Below, in pieces: positions 19,109 through 27,659 of a DNA stretch of 64,000 nt (within the stretch, counting starts at the first letter, position 1; the number at the start of each line of letters is the position of its first letter). A program made the position numbers and the translations under genes. The DNA comes from Spirochaetota bacterium (lineage in GTDB: Bacteria; Spirochaetota; UBA4802; UBA5550). The DNA lies in NCBI GenBank assembly GCA_963663865.1, contig OY760686.1, positions 2,272,001 through 2,336,000 of the forward strand, given 5' to 3'. The notes under the pieces are model-generated. The model had not been told where the DNA came from. It saw nothing but the letters and a program-made list of their open reading frames with translations, and did no database searches.

Positions 19109-19588
19109 ATGTTGAAAATAATCGCTATGGTCGCTTTGCTAATCATGATTTCGGGGCTTTTGATTGCTGGAGATACCGTTGTTAAGGATAACGGCAAGCA
19201 GCCATGGGTGGTCGACATCGAAGATCTGACAGAAAAAAATGAAAATTTCCGTACCTCTCAGTGGACAGGTCGGAACCTTCAGATGACCGTCATGTCGCTT
19301 AAGCCGGGTGAGGAAATAGGATTAGAAAAGCATGACAAGAACGATCAGTTCATCCGTGTTGAAAAAGGGAATGCCCGTGTTGTTATGGGCGTGTCGAAAG
19401 ATAAAATGACTTTCGACAAAAGAGTTTCAGATGACTGGGCTATTTTTATCCCAAGCGGTTTCTGGCACAATATTACCAACGAAGGTGATAAACCGCTCAA
19501 GGTTTACGTTATTTACGCTCCACCAGAGCACCCCGCTGGAACATTGCACAAGACTTTCAAGGAATCGGAAGCTGCTCATGGTCATTGA
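19109..19588 (+). CDS. Secreted cupin-domain protein
   Basis: Signal peptide; GEEIGLEKH...DQFIRVEKG...IPSGFWHNITN...YAPPEH. Confidence 0.9.
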   Translation: MLKIIAMVALLIMISGLLIAGDTVVKDNGKQPWVVDIEDLTEKNENFRTSQWTGRNLQMTVMSLKPGEEIGLEKHDKNDQFIRVEKGNARVVMGVSKDKMTFDKRVSDDWAIFIPSGFWHNITNEGDKPLKVYVIYAPPEHPAGTLHKTFKESEAAHGH

Positions 19589-19842
19589 CCGTGGAGGAGT
19601 GAACAGCCATTGACAAAGGACTGCAAGTGATAAAAAAACGTTGCCCAATAAGGCTTTGTCGAGATTTTTGCGAAGGCAGAATACCAACCAATCGACTACT
19701 CTGACCGCCCAACTCCGTATAGTCGTGAAATGTTGGAAATAGTCGCCAATGTTTTTTTGGGTAAGAAGAATCCTATACCGTGTCAGATAAAGAAAGAAAT
19801 ACTGCCATTTTTATGCTATAACAAACAATGATGTTGGTATAA

Positions 19843-20187
19843 ATGAAGATTCTCAATAAAGCCCCCTTTCAAAATATAATAGATTTTATTGATGTAACCG
19901 TGGACTCTGAAGATTTGATGAACTGGCTCGTTAAATTAGAATATTTACCCAATAATCTCCGCCATGATCATATTATCCGAATGAGACAACGAATGATAGA
20001 AAATGGAGAAGCGGAAATTTTGATTGATATTCTAAATTTGATTAATAATCGAGATATCTTATCCGCTATTAATCTTGTAGTGAAAGATGTTTATCATTCT
20101 TGTATTCGCAACGATCACACCAGCTTAATGGTCTTTTGTAAAAGATATGGGAAAAATGATCCGTTTTTAAATAATAGAGTAATTTAA
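19843..20187 (+). CDS. Hypothetical protein (possible decayed cassette)
   Basis: 114 aa ORF between GTT-core and AAC-core motifs. Confidence 0.45.
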   Translation: MKILNKAPFQNIIDFIDVTVDSEDLMNWLVKLEYLPNNLRHDHIIRMRQRMIENGEAEILIDILNLINNRDILSAINLVVKDVYHSCIRNDHTSLMVFCKRYGKNDPFLNNRVI

Positions 20188-20225
20188 TGGTCATAGTGAA
20201 ATAATATAATAAGATCAATATCTTC

Positions 20226-20323
20226 GCACAACAAAGGTTGGCTGCTCCATCCTGGCGTTGTCGCAAAGCCGCATTGCGTCTTCGGCCTGAGTTTGCCACT
20301 CTTTTTTGAACACACAGTTAAGC
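20226..20323 (+). other. Degenerate attC-like site
   Basis: CTTC-GCACAAC-AAAGG start resembles sites 1, 2 and 5; GC-rich; ends GTTAAGC; arms pair poorly. Confidence 0.45.
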
Positions 20324-20350
20324 AATAATTATTGGAAGAGTTAATAAGTT

Positions 20351-20542
20351 ATGGACGGTAGAAATCGCAGCAACATAAACCAGGGCAAAAAAGTATCCAT
20401 AGTCTTGAAAAAGGATCAGCGGAACGGGAAATTAACCGAAGGTACTGTAAAAGACATTTTAACAAACGCAGCAACACATCCACATGGCATAAAGGTGAGA
20501 CTCGAATCGGGAGATGTTGGAAGAGTAAAGATTATCCATTAA
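20351..20542 (+). CDS. YwbE (DUF2196) family protein
   Basis: IVLKKDQRNGKLTEGTVKDILT...HPHGIKVRLESGDVGRV. Confidence 0.9.
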   Translation: MDGRNRSNINQGKKVSIVLKKDQRNGKLTEGTVKDILTNAATHPHGIKVRLESGDVGRVKIIH

Positions 20543-20685
20543 TAAATTTTCACATGTTAATGAAAGTTACAGATAAATTGGTATTACTGCTATTAAAAAT
20601 ATTTTGCAGTTGCTATAAATGCTTTTTTCAGGGGAAATACACCTTTTCGAACCATCCGCCCTGATGACGTTTGTCGCATTCTTTC

Positions 20686-23355
20686 TCATCTACTCTTCGT
20701 TCCTATATTTTCGTTGATCATTGCTACAAGCTCCGCTTTCCAGAATGGCTTGCAAATACTTGCAGAAAAACCGTAGTCCTTCGGATTTGACATGACCGGG
20801 TCATCCGCATAACCGCTTACAACAAACACAGGTGTTTTCAAACATATTTTTCGTATTTCACCTATGGCTTCCCTTCCACCCATTCCACCGGGAATCGTGA
20901 GGTCGAAAATCATCCCCGCAACTGTGCGCTTGGCCTTGGTTTCTTCATCAAACCATGCGACCGCATCTTCTCCATTCTCTTTGAGTATAACGCTATATCC
21001 AATTGACTCAAGCATACCGCCGATAGTCTCACGCATTACCTTTTCATCATCCATGACCAGAAATGTTCCGGAACTTTTAAATTTACGTGTTGATTTTTTT
21101 TCTGCATCAGAAACGGATACTGGAGAAGCTGGCAGATACATATGGAATGTGCTGCCTTTGCCCGGCTCCGATTCAGCCTCTATACATCCGCCATGACGGT
21201 TGACAATAGAATAAGTGGTAGCAAGACCAAGTCCGTGCCCCGACGGTTTTGTCGTAAAAAACGGATCGAAAATGTGGGAAAGATATTCCTTTGGTATGCC
21301 GATGCCATGATCTGCAATCGAAATTTTGACATAATTCCCAGGCTCCAGAGCATTTGTTTGCTTTTCGGCAAAGGTAATATTTTTAGCGGAAAATTCAATT
21401 TCACCTCCACCGGGCATGGCTTGCTGGGCGTTAATAACAAGGTTGTCAATAACCTGCCCAATCTGGTTTTTGTCAATATCGCATGGCCAGAGGTTTTCCT
21501 GTATCTGGAAGCTGCTGAAAACAGTTGATCCGCTCAGCGCGAATTTAGCCGTTTCCTGTACAAAGGGAAACAAAGGTTCAATTTTTTTGATTGGTGCTCC
21601 GCCTTTGTCAAATGTCAGCAATTGCTGAGTTAGAGCGCGGACCCTGTCAATAGTGCCTAGCGCCTTTGCAAGATAGCTTGAAAGCTCAGGGTCCCTTGAT
21701 AATCCTATTGCCAGATCAATGTATCCGAATACACCGCCCATAAGATTGTTAAAATCGTGTGCTATGCCGCCTGCGAGAATCCCGAGAGATTCGAGTTTCT
21801 GCGAATTCAGTGTGATTTCAAGAAGTTTATCCTTTTCAGTTGTATCACGAAAAACTAGAACGACACCTATGGTATTTGCATTGTTGTCCAGAATTGGCGC
21901 AGCCGAATCAGCAATCATCCGCTCGGTTCCGTCACGCGAAACCAGGATGGTGTGATTTGCCAGTTCAAACATTTTACTGGTCGAAAGCACTTTTTTTACC
22001 GGGTTTTCGTAAGGTTGTCGCGTAGATTTATTTATTATTTTGAATACGGTAGTAAGGCTTTCCCCCCGCGCTTTTTCCTGTTTCCAGCCAGTAAGATCTT
22101 CCGCAACTTTGTTCATGAGGACAATATTACCATCAATGTCGGTGGTAATTACGCCGTCACCAATACTGCGCAGGGTTACCGCAAGTCGTTCTTTTTCAGC
22201 GGAAAGGGAGAGTTCTGCCTTTTTGCGTTCGGCAAGCAATCTGCTTTTTTCGATCGCACTATAACTTAGTGTCGAAATGATTCCTGCCAGCTTTGCATAG
22301 AATTGCATGCCGTTATTCACCTCTTCTTTGGTGAAACGTGGCACTCGCTCGAACGCTGAAAGATATTCACTCTCATCGAATCCATATTTTCTGGCTTGCG
22401 TACGAAACAACTCCACGTCTGGAATCTCGTCTTTATATAAAAATTGGCCAATAAAGACATTACCAACGTGTCTTCCTCCTACAATTATGGGTGTTACTAT
22501 GTCCCACATATTGTTCTTACACCGATAGGCCTTAAATATTCCAGCTGGGACACCAGTGGTGAGGATAGTGTCACTTTCATGGCACTTTTTGAGCGTGTCA
22601 GGATTGCACCTGTGAAATTTGGTACATATATCTTGCCAACCAACTGCAACCAGAACTTTACCTGATATATCGAGTATGGCACCCAGCATTCCGGTAAGCT
22701 TGTAAAAATTTTCCATCATGGATTGTAGAACTGTTGTATCAATAATGTCGGAAAGTTCCAGCTTGCCAATATCGCCTTCGGGTTCTGTAATGGTTTTGAG
22801 CTTGTCCCTGACGACAGTTTTACTTACTCTCAGCTCTTCTTCAATTTGTCTATAGGCTTCATCTTGCCATTTCATCTCTCCAACTAATCCCAACATTGTA
22901 ATATCCATTTCAATCATATCGCGGAGTTGAAGCATTAATTTCCTGTGTAAAGGCGAAAATGAATTCTCTTTACTGTCAAGGACACATAAAGCTCCAAAAG
23001 GATGTTTGTCAGGAAAGTTTATTGGGAATCCAAGGTACGCAACCATACCTACTTTAATATCACAGTTTATGTTCCAGCGCGGATCAGACATTACATTAGG
23101 AATTAACAGCTCTTTTTGCGTTTTGATAACTGTTTGGCAGTACAATCCGAGCCATTTCTCTTTATCACCCGGATGGTATGGATTGTTGTCGGTTTTACTC
23201 GAAACAAGAACTTCCATACACTCAATTTCATTTAACATAATCAATGCAGCAGGAACAGAAATGATTTCAGCAAGTAGATCGGCAATTTCTTGCCACTTTG
23301 CGAATAAATCACTATCAATATTTGCAACAAAAGGTATTAGAGGTTTTCCTGTCAT
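20686..23355 (-). CDS. Hybrid sensor histidine kinase (GAF-PocR-PAS-HisKA-HATPase-REC)
   Basis: PocR (GWQDICTKFHR...YRCKNNMWD), IAHDFNN, FFTTK..GHGLGL, C-terminal receiver. Confidence 0.92.
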   Translation of the reverse strand: MTGKPLIPFVANIDSDLFAKWQEIADLLAEIISVPAALIMLNEIECMEVLVSSKTDNNPYHPGDKEKWLGLYCQTVIKTQKELLIPNVMSDPRWNINCDIKVGMVAYLGFPINFPDKHPFGALCVLDSKENSFSPLHRKLMLQLRDMIEMDITMLGLVGEMKWQDEAYRQIEEELRVSKTVVRDKLKTITEPEGDIGKLELSDIIDTTVLQSMMENFYKLTGMLGAILDISGKVLVAVGWQDICTKFHRCNPDTLKKCHESDTILTTGVPAGIFKAYRCKNNMWDIVTPIIVGGRHVGNVFIGQFLYKDEIPDVELFRTQARKYGFDESEYLSAFERVPRFTKEEVNNGMQFYAKLAGIISTLSYSAIEKSRLLAERKKAELSLSAEKERLAVTLRSIGDGVITTDIDGNIVLMNKVAEDLTGWKQEKARGESLTTVFKIINKSTRQPYENPVKKVLSTSKMFELANHTILVSRDGTERMIADSAAPILDNNANTIGVVLVFRDTTEKDKLLEITLNSQKLESLGILAGGIAHDFNNLMGGVFGYIDLAIGLSRDPELSSYLAKALGTIDRVRALTQQLLTFDKGGAPIKKIEPLFPFVQETAKFALSGSTVFSSFQIQENLWPCDIDKNQIGQVIDNLVINAQQAMPGGGEIEFSAKNITFAEKQTNALEPGNYVKISIADHGIGIPKEYLSHIFDPFFTTKPSGHGLGLATTYSIVNRHGGCIEAESEPGKGSTFHMYLPASPVSVSDAEKKSTRKFKSSGTFLVMDDEKVMRETIGGMLESIGYSVILKENGEDAVAWFDEETKAKRTVAGMIFDLTIPGGMGGREAIGEIRKICLKTPVFVVSGYADDPVMSNPKDYGFSASICKPFWKAELVAMINENIGTKSR

Positions 23356-23812
23356 TCTGCCTCATGGTTTTATCTGCTTTAGATGGGCAAATATTTTTTG
23401 CTCCGGCTTTCTTATCTATCAGACATTACCCGGCTGGGAAACCTGTCCGAAATTTTGACAACATGTTTAAGTTTCATTATTTTCCTTCAAAATGCGAATA
23501 TTCTTTCCAGAGTAAATACCCTGTAAATATGGATCAATTATAACACAGGAGCGCAGGTAAGTAAATTTTTTTTCGGGGGGATTACTCGGCGATCGTTCTT
23601 GCCTGAGCTGAATTAATTGTTAAGGGCTTTTCACAAAATATATTTTAACTATATGTTAATGTTTCACAAATATTTTCATAATGAGAATTGTGTGTTGTGA
23701 AAATATAGACAATTTCCGTATCCGACATTTTTCAAGCTCCTGACAAAAACCCCGGCAATACGGCCGCATCTAATGACACCCCATTTTAATGACATAGAAT
23801 ACTTTTCTCTCA

Positions 23813-25456
23813 TTAAGAAGATTTTGAGCGTTTGCCCCATATTGGAATCATCCTTATAAAATTAGATTGGCAAATTAAAACAAATAACAGAGGTAATCCA
23901 ACTATGTATCTGTACCAGAGACATTTTGGAGACTTTATTAGTCTCCATAACCATTCAAAACCAATTTTTCTGATAAAAACCAATCTTTCGGGAAGTCTAC
24001 TTTCCTTAAATGCAAGAAATTCAAAAAAGGCGCCTACGCAATAAAATGTTATTTCAGGGAAGTTCGGTCTATTTATGTTTATCCACTTTTCCTGTACAGG
24101 TTGACTCATTCCGATAAATGCAATTTGAGGCTTGTAATACTCCAACTTACCGTTAAGTTCCTGTTTATCAGTTTCATTCTTGAAATAACCCGTATTAACA
24201 AATGCTATTTCGATTGTCGGCTCAATGTTCTTCAACTCGACAGCAGCCTTCTCAGCTAACCCCTCTATTCCACCAATTAAAGCTATTTTGATTTTCTGGT
24301 TTGCTATCTCCTGAAACAGCTTCCTGTAATAGCTGTGAAGTGTAACCTTTTTCATAAACCTGAACTTCGTTAATATAGCAGTAATTACTACGCCCATACC
24401 ATCAGAAGCACAGATATCCGAAGTTTCTATGATACGTCGAAATTCCTGATCTTTCCTTGAGATAATCAGCGACCAGGCAGTAAGATATGTTATAAACAAT
24501 CCCTTCTTCTGGCTAATATTCGAAAACATTTTTGCAAGAAGTTTATCTTCATCGATGTCATGGACTTTTGTTGACAGGATTTGAATTTCGACATTACTAC
24601 TGATTTTCATTCTCGAAATAAATCTGCCTGAAGCTTCAAAGAAATACGCCATAAGCACAAAGAAAAAGTCCACTACACTGAGTTCGACGTCCTGACATAA
24701 CCTTCTCATTCTTTTTAATAATTCGAATTTATCAGAGGTATTCATGAAAGGTCTATCTTTGGGAAGAAAGCTTGCCCTGGCTGAAATATTATAATAACCG
24801 ATTCGAAAATGCTTTATAATATACCTAACCATGTTCATGGATGGAGAATGAACAGCTAATGCCTTCTCCAAATATAATGGAATCCTGTCACTCTTCAATA
24901 ATCGGCCAAGCAAATCAGTATCTTCTCCCCGCACGAGTTCCGTATTAAAAAAACCAATCTCTGAAAATATATCTTTCTTTATTGCGAAGGCAGATGTATT
25001 AAGATATTTGATATGACCACTATCAAGGGTTAAGTATTCCATAGTTGGCACTAATCTTAGAAATTCCAGCTTTCCCACTCCGCTTTTCAAATCACCAATC
25101 ACCTTAAATTGAAATGACGACTCATCCGGGTGCATTTCATATGATTTGATGAAATATTCGAACGCATCTTTTGCCAAAAAGCAATCGGAATCTATAAAAA
25201 TAATACACTCGCCCCTTGCCGCTGCAATACCTCTATTTCTTGCGACGGCAATGCCAAGTGGGACTTGTTTTATATAGTTTACCGAACATACTTTTCCCCA
25301 TTCTTCGATTAAATCATGAAAATCACATTTACTGCCATCATCAATGATTACTAATTCAAAATTACTTGAGTCAATTTGCGGTAAAATGAGTTCCACACAG
25401 GTCTTTAATTCATTCTTCCGGTCTTTTATTGGTATGACTACTGTGAATAGAACCAT
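23813..25456 (-). CDS. Fusion glycosyltransferase: GT2 plus WecB/TagA/CpsF
   Basis: N-terminal VVIP, IDDGS, ARNRG, DSD, GEDTD; C-terminal DGMGV, GMSQPVQEKWI, VGAFF, GFEWLWRL. Confidence 0.88.
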   Translation of the reverse strand: MVLFTVVIPIKDRKNELKTCVELILPQIDSSNFELVIIDDGSKCDFHDLIEEWGKVCSVNYIKQVPLGIAVARNRGIAAARGECIIFIDSDCFLAKDAFEYFIKSYEMHPDESSFQFKVIGDLKSGVGKLEFLRLVPTMEYLTLDSGHIKYLNTSAFAIKKDIFSEIGFFNTELVRGEDTDLLGRLLKSDRIPLYLEKALAVHSPSMNMVRYIIKHFRIGYYNISARASFLPKDRPFMNTSDKFELLKRMRRLCQDVELSVVDFFFVLMAYFFEASGRFISRMKISSNVEIQILSTKVHDIDEDKLLAKMFSNISQKKGLFITYLTAWSLIISRKDQEFRRIIETSDICASDGMGVVITAILTKFRFMKKVTLHSYYRKLFQEIANQKIKIALIGGIEGLAEKAAVELKNIEPTIEIAFVNTGYFKNETDKQELNGKLEYYKPQIAFIGMSQPVQEKWININRPNFPEITFYCVGAFFEFLAFKESRLPERLVFIRKIGFEWLWRLIKSPKCLWYRYIVGLPLLFVLICQSNFIRMIPIWGKRSKSS

Positions 25457-25665
25457 TATTACTCACCTGACAAAGTAATCTATATGACTTCCCTCAGAAA
25501 AGTGTATACTTCAATTAGGGAAAATTTCCTGAAAAAATCAAAAAATAATTATGCAGATGACAGATATAAAAAGAAAAAGAATTATCGAACAGCTGATTGC
25601 GACATAATCCTATTGACATGAAGAATAACTTGCCCGATCATTGACCCATCAACAGGGAGGAATCA

Positions 25666-26568
25666 ATGGATAGAATTACAATAACAGAAGATTTATCCTT
25701 CTCAAAAATTATACATGGTTGGTGGAGAGCTGAAAATTGGAATATGACTGTAGATGAAAGAGCAGCTTTTATTTCACGATGCGTAGATAAAGGGATAACG
25801 ACTTTTGATCACGCTGATATATACAGTGGCGGAATCTGCGAAGAACTTTTTGGTGAAGCTTTGGAATTAAAACCGGAATTAAGAAATAAAATCGAAATCA
25901 TAACAAAATGTGGAATCAGATTTATTCATCCGAATATGCCTGAAAATAATGGTCATTACTATGATACAAGTTATGAACATATAATTTATACTGTTGATAA
26001 ATCCTTAAACGGTCTAAAAACAGATTATGTTGATATTCTGCTTATACACAGGCCGGACATGTTTATGAATCCGAAGGAGGTGGCAAAAGCATTTAAAAGA
26101 TTAAAGGAGAACGGAAAAGTAAAATATTTTGGTGTATCTAATTTTCTTCCAGAACAATTTGATATGCTGCAATCATATCTAGATTTTCCTTTAGTTATAA
26201 ATCAACTGGAATTATCTGTGGCATGCTATGAGAATTTTGAAAATGGTGCTGTCGACAATGCATTAAAGAACAGGGTAAAACTTATGGCCTGGTCTCCGCT
26301 TTCCGGAGGAGATTTGTTTGCCTCTCAAGATATTAAATATGTTAGACTTCGCAAGGCATTAGAGGAAATAAAAAATGAAGTTGGAGCGCAAGGGATAGAT
26401 GAAATTGCATATTCATGGTTAATGGCTCACCCCGCTGAAATAGCCCCTATAGTTGGTTCGGGAAAATTTGATAGAGTTGAATCAGCTATCAGAGCTGTTG
26501 ATATTTCACTTACAAGAAAACAATGGTTTAAAATACTGGATGCTTCCAGAGGTCATGAAGTTGCTTAG
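25666..26568 (+). CDS. Aldo/keto reductase (YdhF-like)
   Basis: FDHADIY, LLIHRPD, FGVSNF, WSPLSGG. Confidence 0.93.
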   Translation: MDRITITEDLSFSKIIHGWWRAENWNMTVDERAAFISRCVDKGITTFDHADIYSGGICEELFGEALELKPELRNKIEIITKCGIRFIHPNMPENNGHYYDTSYEHIIYTVDKSLNGLKTDYVDILLIHRPDMFMNPKEVAKAFKRLKENGKVKYFGVSNFLPEQFDMLQSYLDFPLVINQLELSVACYENFENGAVDNALKNRVKLMAWSPLSGGDLFASQDIKYVRLRKALEEIKNEVGAQGIDEIAYSWLMAHPAEIAPIVGSGKFDRVESAIRAVDISLTRKQWFKILDASRGHEVA

Positions 26569-26739
26569 TGAAGAAACCGGAGTGAACCACTGAAGAATGG
26601 CCACTCCGATGGGGAGTCAGGAAGTTTTGCCTGGTTTTTCTCAAAACCGGCAAATTTATATCGGAGTAAAGTGGCATAATCCAATCGGTATTAACAATCC
26701 TGAAATTTTAATAGAGTTTTAATAACTATTTCGGCTTTT

Positions 26740-27513
26740 TTAATAATTCCTCCTGTAGTTAATGATATCTTCAATCCATAACTGTTTACCCTTCAGAATG
26801 ACTTTCATATCAAAAGAAGCCGATCCTTCCTGCATGCCAACCTTTACTGGAATATGAATATAATCTCCGATTACACTTACCAGACCCGAAAACCCTTCAG
26901 AAAATCCCATATTTCCGACAAATCTGAAGATACCAGAACTGTCAGGATTTAGACTTCTGTGTTTGATCTTTTTGTATACTGAATTAGACACATGGAGAAT
27001 GTGGATGCTTCCCCTGGATACTTCGTACAATGCCGGTATAATGAAAACATCATCATCTGGAGCATCATCATAGACGGCTTTTTCGTTGAATGCAGCTAAC
27101 TGATAATTTGTTCCTTTGTAACTGAATCTACCTGTTCCGGCATTGAAAAGCCCCTGATTGAACAGATAAAGAAACTGCCCATATATCCATCCCTTTAAAC
27201 CATCATGGCATTTAATCTTATACCAGTAGTAGGAAAAAGTCCCTTTTTGTGCCAGCTTTACCGGCTTTTCAGACTTCGCAAGGACTCTGACTACAGTCCC
27301 GGTATTCAGCACACCTACTATATCCGAAGAAAGTTTATCCCCTGAACGAAGCCGAACTTTCATACCCACAACAAGCGCAATTGATTGGTCAGGTTTCTGA
27401 TCTACTTCGGCACGTAATGCAGAGAAAGCTGTAAATATCATTATCACATAAACTGACATACATATTTTTTTCAAAATAAATCTCTCTGTCTTAAATTCTA
27501 TAACATAATACAC
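26740..27513 (-). CDS. Secreted bacterial SH3-domain protein
   Basis: VRLRSG...IVGVL...WYKI...GWIYGQFL; true start is probably downstream. Confidence 0.7.
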   Translation of the reverse strand: MYYVIEFKTERFILKKICMSVYVIMIFTAFSALRAEVDQKPDQSIALVVGMKVRLRSGDKLSSDIVGVLNTGTVVRVLAKSEKPVKLAQKGTFSYYWYKIKCHDGLKGWIYGQFLYLFNQGLFNAGTGRFSYKGTNYQLAAFNEKAVYDDAPDDDVFIIPALYEVSRGSIHILHVSNSVYKKIKHRSLNPDSSGIFRFVGNMGFSEGFSGLVSVIGDYIHIPVKVGMQEGSASFDMKVILKGKQLWIEDIINYRRNY

Positions 27514-27621
27514 TATTCCTGTTATACCAACATGATATCAAGTCAATAACTTAACAGGTGAATCCGGCACTCCAAATAATGGGGCTTGAGCCGCTGATGA
27601 ACAAGATTATTTCAGCCATGC

Positions 27622-27645
27622 AAAAAAAACCCCGCGTCAGCGGGG
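27622..27645 (-). terminator. Intrinsic terminator
   Basis: Minus strand CCCCGC-TGAC-GCGGGG followed by T8, just after the carboxylesterase stop. Confidence 0.85.
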
Positions 27646-27659
27646 CTTTAAACAACTCA

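Larger units (their letters stand above)
11203..20542. mobile_element. Integron-like locus: recombinase, attI-like site and cassette array
   Basis: Recombinase divergent from co-oriented AT-rich ORFs separated by GC-rich xxxxAAC...GTTxxxx hairpins. Confidence 0.85.

Noticed and set aside
23620-23715. TTTCACAAA repeats and TTGTGAA as Rex-like operator sites
   Set aside because: Only half-sites, wrong spacing for a full palindrome, and an AT-rich background.
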